Made by a program: the position numbers and the translations under genes. The notes beneath the pieces are model-generated. The model was not told where the DNA came from. It saw only the letters and a program-made list of their open reading frames with translations, and searched no databases. A stretch of 64,000 bases of DNA from Spirochaetes bacterium ADurb.Bin215 (lineage in GTDB: Bacteria; Spirochaetota; Spirochaetia; Treponematales; Treponemataceae): contig MWCL01000004.1 of the NCBI GenBank assembly GCA_002070025.1, forward strand, positions 2,258-66,257. Reading direction: 5' to 3'. Of this stretch, positions 46,155 to 56,200 are shown piece after piece; position 1 is the first letter of the stretch, and every line of letters begins with the position of its first letter.

Positions 46155-46598
46155 CTACACAAGTTTTGCCTTGGCAATTTTTGAATACGGTACGGAAACG
46201 TTCTCCGAACCGATATCGATCAGAACCGCGGTATCGTCAGACGACACTATGGTACCCTGCATCCAGTCAGTTATGTCGGTATTCCACAACTTGACCGTTT
46301 TCCCGGTAAACAATGAGAATTCTGCGGCATTTTTGATAATACGGTCAAGCCCCGGGGAAGCGACTTCCACGTAAACATCGCGGGAATCGAAAACAACTTC
46401 CAGACGTGTTAAAAGGGCGCGGTGAACTTTTGCGCAGTCATTTACGCCAATACCGTTTTTACCCGTAATAACCGCCTTGACCTGCCAATTTCCCTGTCGT
46501 TTGAATACATTCAGTTCAACAAGGGCATAGCCCAGTCCGGTTACCAACGGTTCGCACTCGTTATAGTGTGCCAATGTCGACGGTTTGATAAAGTCCAC
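46155..46598 (-). CDS. rimP: Ribosome maturation factor RimP
   Basis: LGYALVELNVFKRQGNWQVKAVI...VEVASPGLDR; it occupies the canonical position upstream of nusA. Confidence 0.8.
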   Translation of the reverse strand: MDFIKPSTLAHYNECEPLVTGLGYALVELNVFKRQGNWQVKAVITGKNGIGVNDCAKVHRALLTRLEVVFDSRDVYVEVASPGLDRIIKNAAEFSLFTGKTVKLWNTDITDWMQGTIVSSDDTAVLIDIGSENVSVPYSKIAKAKLV

Positions 46599-46651
46599 TA
46601 ACCTCTTTAACTCCCTGATTCATCCGTTTTCGAACTTGATGCCCATATACG

Positions 46652-46675
46652 AAAAAAGAGCCGTTTGAACGACTC
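46652..46675 (-). terminator. Intrinsic terminator/attenuator hairpin in the comFC-rimP intergenic region
   Basis: The minus strand reads GAGTCGT-TCAA-ACGGCTC, a 7-bp stem with one G.U pair, followed by TTTTTT. Confidence 0.5.
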
Positions 46676-46747
46676 CCGAAAGGTAACGGATACTGTATTG
46701 TTCACTATAGAAAGTAGCATAGTGAAACAACTATGTCAAGGTTGCCC

Positions 46748-47515
46748 TCAGTCATAAAAGAGCGTCATTCCAAAGACTGCCGGGCTTTGAGCGCCCTTGA
46801 GTACTGCCGCACAGGAGTCCAGCGTTGCACCGGTAGTCATGAGATCATCAACGAGCACGATTGGTTCTGAAAGGGGTTTCTTGCCGATGTACGCAATATT
46901 ACCTTTCAAATTCAGGCGGCGCTCGGTTTTCCCCAGACCTTTTTGCTGTATCAACGAAGTTCTGCTCAGACAACGAAGTACCGGTATCCCGAAATTTCTT
47001 TCAAGATGACGAACCAGGACATCAATCTGATCCCACCCTTTTTTTCGGATTTTTCCCGGCCGCGGAGGTACCGGAACAACCGTACAGTGCGGAAACCGTG
47101 AGAGTTCACGAGCAAGCGCTCCGGCGAATACGGCCGTTAATCCGAAATTGCCCGAAAGCTTCCAGGCCGCGAGCAGTTCCTGTGCGGTATGATCATAGGG
47201 GTACAGCGGATACACCCGGTCTATCGCTTCGAGGGGCGCGACCGTTCTGCAGTCAACACAAAGCGAGCGGGATGAAACAAGGGGTCTTCCGCATCGCTCA
47301 CAGCGGTCCGTATCGGTGTTTTCCGCGCCAAGCCGTACAGCTTCACAGGACAAGCAGAGCGGAACGGACCGCCGGGAATTCTTACCGCAGACGACACAGG
47401 TTTGCGGGGCAAGAAGACAGGCGGCCGCATCACGAAAACGGGTAGTTATCCGGGTGACACGTGAACGAATCCGTACCCGGTTCAGTGTTGAAAATAATGA
47501 GTCCATACGGTTCAT
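46748..47515 (-). CDS. ComF family protein (ComFC-like phosphoribosyltransferase)
   Basis: N-terminal Cys clusters (CVVCGK...CLSC, CERCGRPL...CVDC) and the PRTase motif IVLVDDLMTTGATL. Confidence 0.75.
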   Translation of the reverse strand: MNRMDSLFSTLNRVRIRSRVTRITTRFRDAAACLLAPQTCVVCGKNSRRSVPLCLSCEAVRLGAENTDTDRCERCGRPLVSSRSLCVDCRTVAPLEAIDRVYPLYPYDHTAQELLAAWKLSGNFGLTAVFAGALARELSRFPHCTVVPVPPRPGKIRKKGWDQIDVLVRHLERNFGIPVLRCLSRTSLIQQKGLGKTERRLNLKGNIAYIGKKPLSEPIVLVDDLMTTGATLDSCAAVLKGAQSPAVFGMTLFYD

Positions 47516-47544
47516 GTTCGGCGGGAATTGCGTTGCTGGCCCGG

Positions 47545-50160
47545 TTATCCGGCAGGGTACAGCATTTTTTTCCAGCGGGTAATGGTCTGCAAGGCTTCAA
47601 GCGGCGTCATGGTGTCGGCATCGCGTGAAAGAAGTTCGTCCAGCACGAGTGTTTCCTCGGAGAAAAGGGTCGGTTCATTCGTCTGTTGTTGCGGCACCGG
47701 AGATTCCGTTCCATATTCTCCCCGGCGGGAAAGATACTCCGGTGTTTCCAGAATGGTACGGGCACGGTTGATAACCGAATCAGGAACCCCCGCAAGACGG
47801 GCCACATGAAGGCCGTAGGAATTGTTTGAAACGCCCGGTTTTACCTTCTTGAGAAAGACAACCTTCCCTTCACTTTCAAGAACATCGAGGAAAAATGACG
47901 CAAGCCGCTCATGCCGCATCCGGGAGAGTTCATGATAATGGGTAGCGAAAAGGGTACGCGCGCAAACAACCGAATACAGATATTCAGAAACCGCGGCCGC
48001 AATCGAAAGACCGTCTTCGGTGGATGTCCCCCGGCCTACTTCGTCCATGATGACCAGACTCCTCCGGGTAGCGGTACGGAGAATGTGCGCGGTTTCGGAC
48101 ATCTCTACCAGAAAGGTAGATTCCCCGCGCGCCAGATTGTCCGAAGCTCCTACCCGACAGAATATACGGTCCACCGGAGTCAGTCGTACCGATCCTGCGG
48201 GAACAAAAGAACCGGTTTGGGCCATGAGCACAATGAGCGCGGTTTGTCGCAAAAAGGTACTCTTTCCCGCCATATTTGGTCCGGTAATGAGGGCAAATGA
48301 CGGATCCGCGGCGGATTCGGCACATGAAAGTGTAATACTGTTGGGAACAAACTCGCCGCCGGGAAGATGGGCTTCAACCACCGGGTGGCGGCCTTCTTCG
48401 ATAGCCAGGATGCCGTCATCGGTAAAGACCGGCTTTATCCATCCGTATACCGTTGCTGATCGGGCAAGAGACTGGAATGCATCAATCTTCGACGTTTCCC
48501 GTGCGGCTGCCAGAAGCTCTTCAAGCCGATCGGCAACTTTTGAACGCACCTCTAGAAAGAGTTCCTGCTCGCACTCGAGACTTTTAGCGTGTACCCCGTT
48601 CAGTTCAGTTTCAAGTTCAATCAACCGGTCGGTGGTAAACCGCTCTGCGTTGGTGAGGGAACGCCGTTTGATAAAGTGCGGTGGCACCGAGGCGAGGTTA
48701 CCTTTGGTAACCTCGAGAAAATATCCGGTGAGTCGGTTATAGCGGATTTTCAAGTTCTGGATGCCGGTTGTTTTCCGTTCACCCTCCAGATACTCCTCGA
48801 GCACCTGGCGTGAATTGTCCCGGAGCGCATGCAGTTCATCCAGACGGGTTGACCAGTTTTCCCGTATAAGCCCGCCTTCGCTCAGAACAACCGGACAATC
48901 TTCCCGGATGGAAGCAGCCAGAAGTTCTGTTATTTCCTTAAGGGCGTCAAGGGTACCGTCCGGAACGCAACCCGTGTGCAGACCTGCCTCTTTCAGTATA
49001 CCTTCGAGTTCGAGAAAATGGGTAAGGCTTTGTCTGAGCGCGTTAAGGTCCTTTCCGTGCGCACGTTCCATGGCAACCCGACCGGCAAGACGTTCAATAT
49101 CGAGTATTCCCGACAGGCAATCACGGACTTTCGCGAGAACCCGCTGATCACGATAGAGGGCATCCACGAATTCAAGCCGCTCTTCTATTGTTTTCCGGTC
49201 AATGAGCGGATGATGAATCCAGGTCCTCAAAAGTCGTGTTCCCATGGCCGTTCGGGTATGATTCATGACTTCGAAGAGCGTATATGCGGTAGATCCGTCG
49301 CGAAGACTTGCGGTAATTTCAAGATTTTTCCTGGTCGCATCATCAAGCGCGACGAATTCAGTTTCTGCATATACCTGTATGGCGGTAACATGAGAAAGTA
49401 GCGATCCGGCGGTTTGCCCGAGGTACTCTACTACAAGGGCCGCTGAAAGCAATTCCGGCGATGATTCATCCAGGGAAAACGCGGCAAGATTCTCCGTTTG
49501 AAACAACGAACAAAGTTTCCGGTACGCCATTTCCTGGTTGAAGCTCCAGTCCGGAAACCGGTTTACAATCATTGCCGGATAGTCCTGTAGTATGCGGTCG
49601 AGCTCGGGAACGGTTTCGAGCAGGGACTGCTGCAGAAGAAGTTCGCTCGGCTCTACCCGTCCTAGTTCGCGGCGTATTTTTTCAGGAGCGTTTACCGCTT
49701 CTATGCGCGTTGCGGCAAAGTCTCCGGTTGAAATGTCAATATAGGAAAATGAGAAAAAACGCTCTTTGCCGGATTGGGATAAGGCAAGCGATGCAAGATA
49801 GTTGTTGGTCCCCCGGTCGAGGAAATCTTCATCCACGACAGTTCCCGGAGTTATTACTTCACGGACCTTTCGTTCAAAAAGACCTTTCCCCGAACCATTC
49901 TGGGACACCTGTTCACATATAGCGATCTTTTTCCCGAGCCGCAATAACCGGGCAAGATACACTTTGGACGCATGGTAGGGAATTCCGCACATGGGATGCC
50001 CTGCCCGTTGAGTCAGTGTCAGGTTGAGCAGCCGGCTCACTTCAACAGCGTCTTCGTTGAACATTTCATAGAAATCCCCCAAACGAAAGAACAATACCGC
50101 GTCGCGGTATTGTTCTTTTATCGAGAGATATTGTGCCATCATGGGAGTAGTTTCAGCCAT
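47545..50160 (-). CDS. mutS: DNA mismatch repair protein MutS
   Basis: TPMMAQYLSIKEQY.DAVLFFRLGDFYEMF, Walker A GPNMAGKSTFLRQ, DEVGRGTST. Confidence 0.95.
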   Translation of the reverse strand: MAETTPMMAQYLSIKEQYRDAVLFFRLGDFYEMFNEDAVEVSRLLNLTLTQRAGHPMCGIPYHASKVYLARLLRLGKKIAICEQVSQNGSGKGLFERKVREVITPGTVVDEDFLDRGTNNYLASLALSQSGKERFFSFSYIDISTGDFAATRIEAVNAPEKIRRELGRVEPSELLLQQSLLETVPELDRILQDYPAMIVNRFPDWSFNQEMAYRKLCSLFQTENLAAFSLDESSPELLSAALVVEYLGQTAGSLLSHVTAIQVYAETEFVALDDATRKNLEITASLRDGSTAYTLFEVMNHTRTAMGTRLLRTWIHHPLIDRKTIEERLEFVDALYRDQRVLAKVRDCLSGILDIERLAGRVAMERAHGKDLNALRQSLTHFLELEGILKEAGLHTGCVPDGTLDALKEITELLAASIREDCPVVLSEGGLIRENWSTRLDELHALRDNSRQVLEEYLEGERKTTGIQNLKIRYNRLTGYFLEVTKGNLASVPPHFIKRRSLTNAERFTTDRLIELETELNGVHAKSLECEQELFLEVRSKVADRLEELLAAARETSKIDAFQSLARSATVYGWIKPVFTDDGILAIEEGRHPVVEAHLPGGEFVPNSITLSCAESAADPSFALITGPNMAGKSTFLRQTALIVLMAQTGSFVPAGSVRLTPVDRIFCRVGASDNLARGESTFLVEMSETAHILRTATRRSLVIMDEVGRGTSTEDGLSIAAAVSEYLYSVVCARTLFATHYHELSRMRHERLASFFLDVLESEGKVVFLKKVKPGVSNNSYGLHVARLAGVPDSVINRARTILETPEYLSRRGEYGTESPVPQQQTNEPTLFSEETLVLDELLSRDADTMTPLEALQTITRWKKMLYPAG

Positions 50161-50174
50161 GAATGCCGAACTCC

Positions 50175-50699
50175 CTAACGACGCGAAGTCATGTTGCGGA
50201 TTATCTTGTCGGTAATGTCAACTGTCGGGCTGTACCACATTATCGAAGAATTGTCATGAAGCGAAAGCACCATGCTGTATCCGTCTGATTCGGCAACCAG
50301 ACGTATTTCCTCATACAACAGGGAATAAAAATCATCGTCGGACACCAGACGCTCTTTTAGGGTGTCAAGTTCGGCATTTTTGGCTTTCGAATATTCCACG
50401 AGAAAACTGGTTTTCTTCTCGATATCCCGTTCAAGACGGGTTGCCCGTGAAGTGTCGGAAGCGGCTTCAGCGTCCACTTTCTGCTGACGCAGCTGCTTGA
50501 TTTCGTCGGACATACGCTTTATATCGCTTTGATACCGGGTCTTCTTGGCCTCATAGTCACGAACACTCCGTGAATCCCGGTAAAAAGTTGTATAGATACG
50601 GGACGTATCTATTACAGCGAATTTCGTTATCTGTTGTGAAATTGCCTGTGTAAGAGGAAACAGCAACAGGATCACCAAAAGAAAGGATAATTTTTTCAT
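50175..50699 (-). CDS. OmpH/Skp-family periplasmic chaperone
   Basis: Signal peptide MKKLSFLLVILLLFPLTQA (ATG 50699), then a charged coiled-coil body. It lies immediately downstream of bamA. Confidence 0.7.
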   Translation of the reverse strand: MKKLSFLLVILLLFPLTQAISQQITKFAVIDTSRIYTTFYRDSRSVRDYEAKKTRYQSDIKRMSDEIKQLRQQKVDAEAASDTSRATRLERDIEKKTSFLVEYSKAKNAELDTLKERLVSDDDFYSLLYEEIRLVAESDGYSMVLSLHDNSSIMWYSPTVDITDKIIRNMTSRR

Positions 50700-50724
50700 A
50701 GCAACAGGTCCTCCTTGAGGATGA

Positions 50725-53211
50725 TTACATGTTTGCGATATTGAACGACAGAACGAATTCCCAGTTCGGTCCCGATCCGTCGGACCATTCAAATTTGCCG
50801 TCCTGAATTCTGAACGTATTCGCGAAAAGCAGCCGGAGCGGGAACTGCGGAATGGAGAAACGGAGCCCAGGTCCAAAGCTGAAATAGTAATCGTTCAGAG
50901 TAAGACTGCCAAGATCGGAGTAATCCTGTTTTGTCGCAACGGCATCAAAGAAAAAATCCGCGGAAAGAATACCGGGCGCAACCGGCATCCGGAGTTCAAT
51001 CCAGTGGTTGATCATCAGACTTCCCCGGGCATTCATGTTTGAATACAACTCGTCCCAGCCGCGTCCCATAAACATACCGTCTATATACAGCTTGCTGTTG
51101 TCGGTAATCGTATAGTCGCCGACCGGAACCTGGAAAGAAAGCCCGGTGTATCCGGCCAGAACGAACTTGAGGCTCCAGCTTTCAAACAGCGGATAATCGA
51201 GCAGGGTAAAATACCGTTCGGCTTTTGTTTCGAACTGGACAAAGTACTCGTTCTCAATTTCGGGCAGGAGACCGGTGAACGTTATCTGCTGACTCGCAAA
51301 CCAGCCGGTGGACGGATCATAGTTTATATCCCGCTTGTCGAGAGAAAGACGTGTCCACACACTGTTCTTCCATTTCCAGCTTCCATGTTTGTCCCGGATA
51401 TCCCGATCTGCCGGGCGATACAGGACTTCATCATAATAATTCTGGATTATCGAGAAGGACAAACCTCCCCGAAGCGTAACGAGCGCAAGGTTCGTATACC
51501 AGCGGTATCCGGTCGAGATGCCGAGACTGTGCTGCCATTGTTCATATTTCATCCGATACGATGAGTCGAGACTGTACTCGTCATCATATTCATCGTAAGA
51601 AGTAAACGGATCGGGAACCATACCGTTTTCACGATAATAGTCGTCATCGAACAGGGGATACAGGGCATCCTGATAGGCATACAGGAACCGGTGGGCAACG
51701 GAAAGATCAAAGGTAACTGAAAGAGGACTGCCCATAAACCAGTTTTCCGTAAATCCTATCTTTGCACTCTGTGTATCGGGAGAAAGCGTTACATTCGCGG
51801 AAAGCGTTTGTCCATTACCCCGGAAATTCTTGTCTTCCCACTGGAGGAATACCGAAAGCGGGAAGGAATTCTCCTCCGCCATTCCCGAGAAGGTAACACC
51901 GAACTGGATCGACGCAGTAGACTGTTCTTCAAGATTGATTATCACGTCCACCAGGTTTTCTTCCGAACCCTGAACAACATCGGGAGCAACAACAGAGAAA
52001 TAGCGCAGGTTGTAGAGATTGCGGATACTGTCTACCATCTTGGTTTTCGAGAAGATATCACCCTGTTCCAGTTGAAGTTCCCGGTTGATTACATGATCCT
52101 TTGTTTTTGTATTTCCCCGAACAAAGATGTGTTCTATGTGGCTTCGTTCACGTTCCACAACCGTAATTTCGAACGACAGGGTACGGCGTTCGTCGTCCCT
52201 GATTTCCCGGCGATTGATGTAATTGGACGTGTAGCCGTTCTCGTAGTATACGTCAAGGAGGGCCTGGTATCCTTCATTGTAGCGGGGGAGATTCATCACG
52301 TCCCCTTCATCTATGCGGACCCTGGCAAGCAGTTCTTCGGCGGTAAAAAGCGTATTTCCGCTTATTGTAGTGCCGCCGTAGGTGTACAATTCCCCTTCAA
52401 TAATGACAAAGGTCAATTTCAGAAGATTCTTTTCCGGATCTGTTTCGGTATCCACTTCACGAAGAACGGATTCTACCTGCGCATCTATGTACCCGCGAGT
52501 AGTGTAGTAATTCTGAATGGCTATACGGTCTGCGGTGAGGTCTGCTTCGCTGAAGGTCCCTTTGGTAAAAAACTTTGCCTCTTTCAAAGTCAGTTCTTTC
52601 CGGAGGGTTTTCTCCGCCATGATTGAATTTCCCTCAAACCTGATCTCGGAAATAACCGTCTGCTTTCCTTCATCAATGGTAAAATTGAGATGAACGGAAT
52701 TGTCTGCCTGTTCCACAACTTCGAAGGATATCTTCATGTTCGCGTACCCTTCGGAGAAATAATGATCACGGATGGCCCGCTCGTCCGCTTTTGCCTTCAA
52801 TTCATTGTAAATATCGCCTTCCTTGAGGGCGACCTTTTCGAGAAGGGCGGAAGCACGTATTTCACGGTTGCCGATAAACACGATTTTCCGCACGACCGGT
52901 TTCTCGGTTACCGTAAACTCGAGAAGCACGCTTTCGCGTTTATCATCACCGGGGAGAGCCATGGGGGTAATTTCAGTGAAATATTCAAGCGCATACAGTG
53001 TCTGCAGAATATCCCAGTAGCGGTCATCGGTGAACGGCTTTCCCATCTGGGCGGAAAACAATCCGTCCAGTTCGGTTTTGCTCACACTCTGAAGCCCTTT
53101 GTAGATTATTCCGCGTATCGGTTTGTCTTGATACCAGTTCTCGGGTGTCTGTGAAAAACATAATCCTCCGATAATGATGAACATCAGAAGAACGGTAAGT
53201 TTTGTGCGCAT
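50725..53211 (-). CDS. bamA: Outer membrane protein assembly factor BamA
   Basis: Signal peptide, five POTRA-like repeats (e.g. IRGIIYKGLQSVSKTELDGLF, VRKIVFIGNREIRASAL, ISEIRFEGNSIM, IEHIFVRGNTKTKDHVI), and a C-terminal ~400-aa beta-barrel-like region rich in alternating aromatic residues. Confidence 0.85.
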   Translation of the reverse strand: MRTKLTVLLMFIIIGGLCFSQTPENWYQDKPIRGIIYKGLQSVSKTELDGLFSAQMGKPFTDDRYWDILQTLYALEYFTEITPMALPGDDKRESVLLEFTVTEKPVVRKIVFIGNREIRASALLEKVALKEGDIYNELKAKADERAIRDHYFSEGYANMKISFEVVEQADNSVHLNFTIDEGKQTVISEIRFEGNSIMAEKTLRKELTLKEAKFFTKGTFSEADLTADRIAIQNYYTTRGYIDAQVESVLREVDTETDPEKNLLKLTFVIIEGELYTYGGTTISGNTLFTAEELLARVRIDEGDVMNLPRYNEGYQALLDVYYENGYTSNYINRREIRDDERRTLSFEITVVERERSHIEHIFVRGNTKTKDHVINRELQLEQGDIFSKTKMVDSIRNLYNLRYFSVVAPDVVQGSEENLVDVIINLEEQSTASIQFGVTFSGMAEENSFPLSVFLQWEDKNFRGNGQTLSANVTLSPDTQSAKIGFTENWFMGSPLSVTFDLSVAHRFLYAYQDALYPLFDDDYYRENGMVPDPFTSYDEYDDEYSLDSSYRMKYEQWQHSLGISTGYRWYTNLALVTLRGGLSFSIIQNYYDEVLYRPADRDIRDKHGSWKWKNSVWTRLSLDKRDINYDPSTGWFASQQITFTGLLPEIENEYFVQFETKAERYFTLLDYPLFESWSLKFVLAGYTGLSFQVPVGDYTITDNSKLYIDGMFMGRGWDELYSNMNARGSLMINHWIELRMPVAPGILSADFFFDAVATKQDYSDLGSLTLNDYYFSFGPGLRFSIPQFPLRLLFANTFRIQDGKFEWSDGSGPNWEFVLSFNIANM

Positions 53212-53251
53212 TACAAGAGCTCCTTAAGTATTGACTATAGCATAAAACCTA

Positions 53252-56200
53252 TCAGTATGAAAACTTCCAGGATAGGGTGACAGACGTATCTGCAATAAAA
53301 AACGTTTCCGTACTGTCGGGCATGACTCCCCAGCGTACGGTAAAAAACGGTGTTGTTATTTCAAGACCAAGTTCCGGCTGAAAGAGAAGGTTCTCATAGA
53401 CAGCCATCGGTTTATCCGTATTCTCGGCCGATTTCGGATCATAGTAACTGAAATGCAGCAACGCGTCTGCATATACGGCCGATCCGAAGTATTTTCCCAT
53501 ATAAACAGTCGTATTGTCAAAATAGTTACCGAACGTCATTTCACGGCTTGTTGCTGCGGGCTGCATGGATTGCTGCAATATGGCATTCTGTATGAGCAGG
53601 GTACGAATGGAGAATATATCGAGATGAAGCACGTCCCGAACCGAGTTTTCAACGGTACGGAACAATCCCATCTGGGCAAATATGTCCGAAGCGGTAACTA
53701 TGGTGTCCCGAAGCAGGGTATCCTGTGTTGAATCCGCACTCGCAGCCTGGCCAAGCAAAGCCATGAGTTCTACCGATGATTTTGGCGGTTCCGAATACAT
53801 AACCGGACTAAATGATGAGAGCGGCTGATTTTCGACAGAGAGAATAATACGGACCGGCTCCCCTTTTTCATCGCGCTCGCGAATTTCCGCGCGAAGCGAT
53901 ATCATGGGATCAAATATGTCCTGATTTTCATTGAAGGAAATACTTCCCTGACGGAGATAAAAACTTCGTTTGATATAGAACAATTCACCGCCCTTCAGAT
54001 TTGCAAATCCCTTGAGCGAAAAGGTATCCTGTGAGCTGTCATACGATATGAGCACCGGTTCCTCAGCCTGGATGAGACCACGGAGAATGGGAAAATCGTT
54101 TGAGGGCCAGCGGAACTCGACCTTTTGCCCTACATCCAGTTTGAGGTCGACAAAAACATCGGTTGATGAGTTATCCCCATCGTTGCTGTTCATGAATCCG
54201 GAAAACATGATAGCGAACGAGCCACGGTCAAATCCTACCGGACCCCGGACAACGATACCTTCTTTCGAGAATGACAAGAACAAGTTGCATGAAGCACGCC
54301 CTTCCACGGTAAAATACGGATTCTCGGTATCAACCAGAAGCTGTTTGCCCGGCATGGTATCCACATTCAACTCAACACGATTTGGAATCCAGCGGTCAAA
54401 ATAGGCAATCGCGTCGGCAGAGAATTCGCTTTTATCGCTTCTGAGTAAAAATGGTTTTACAGACAATGTTTTTCCGTCCGCCGTTATCACAAAGGGTTCC
54501 GGCGTGAATTTCTCCACGAGATGACCGGGTGAATACACCAGAATGTCGCTTGTAGAAAACTCACCATAAAATTCAGGATCGGTAACAAGGCCGGTAATTT
54601 CAAATGCTCCCGTAACCAGCCCCGAATCAAACTGCACATAAGGAATATTGGTAAAGGGCCAGATTTTATCCATTTTACCAACAACGTCCCGCACGGAAAC
54701 GCTCAATTCCTGTTTGTCAATTTTTCCGTCCGCGGTGAATGTTACCGGGGAATCACCCGAGGCCTGTACCGATACAGTTCCGTCATCGAGAAGAAATCCG
54801 GTAATCATGTCGTCGTAACCGGCATACACAGCGGTAATACCCGGTTCCCTGATCAGTGTTACCGGAAAGGGTTTGCTGGTGGCGATTGATGTCCACTGTA
54901 CCCCGTCAGCCAGGGCCGAAAGCGTGAAGGTATCAATTTTCGATAATCCGGCGAAACCCGTGTGATGTACTTCGTCAAGCACCGGTATAAAGGACGCTGA
55001 AAGGTTTGCCTGTACGGGAGATTCATCAAGAATACCCTTGTACAGACCCTGAAGTTCCGCGGACAGTGACTCCATGGACAGGGAGGCGCTCACTTCACTG
55101 AACGTATGCCCGTTCCAGGAGAGAATGGTATCGTACAGGGTGAGAAGACCGTCTTCCAGAAGCACCGCGCCCCGGGCGGCAAGATCGGAACCGGATAACC
55201 GGATATTCATCATTGACAGCTCGGCCGCGGCAAAGAGTGTCGCGGGAGTACCTGAAACACTCGCTGTAAGGGACGCGAGATTCGTTACGCCCTGATCCGG
55301 TGTTACGCGCATGAGCGGCAAACCGGTAATTTCGGCATTCGCTTCAAAAAAAAGCTCGGAGGATTGCAGCATGGTTCCCGCTATCCGGTAAAACTCTCCA
55401 GTTCCGGGAGACGCCATATCAAGCGACGCTTCATACTGCCGGTCTCCTCCGTCCTGGTTGAGAGCGGTTAGCCGGAAGGTGCCATTAACGGAAGAATAAC
55501 GGTCATACAGGGACAATTCATGCAAAAATACACCGGTGTTTTCCACACTCCCGGCAAACCGTAAACGGGTATCCAGCGGCAGCATTCCCTTTATTTCTTC
55601 TACGGAACCCTGATTGATCGTCATCTTGAATCCATCGGGTTGGTTATACCGAAAATCCGAATCAAGCGAGAGCGACAAAAGCATCGGATCAACAGGAATG
55701 GGCAACCCGCTCATCTGGACAACCCCGGAAGCACCTCCTCCGGGATGGAAGAACATTGAGACGGCAAGAGAATAGTCACCGTACAACGACAAATTCCGGT
55801 CGGAATACATTCCGTTGAAATGATAGGGAATGGTATTTATGGTGAAATCCGTATCGAAAACAATATCGCCTTCACGGTCATAGTCTGCATGAATGTTTCC
55901 CAATACGGAAAACCGGTCGGGAGAAACGGTTATATCGGTAATCTCCAGAGAAGATTCGTTTCCTTTCGCGGAAAGAAGAAGATACAAACCGTCTTTTTCC
56001 GACGATGCGATAACAAGACGGGTACAGTTGAATGAAAACTGCGAAAGGTCTGACGAAAAGAAAATTTCTGTAGTCAATCCGAACGGATCCAGGGTATTTG
56101 AAAGGCTCTCGCGGGAATCATCCTGTTCGGGATAGAGAATTTGATGAACAAACAGAGCTGAATTCCGGACGCTTATGGAGTCAAACGCGAGGAAACCGTC

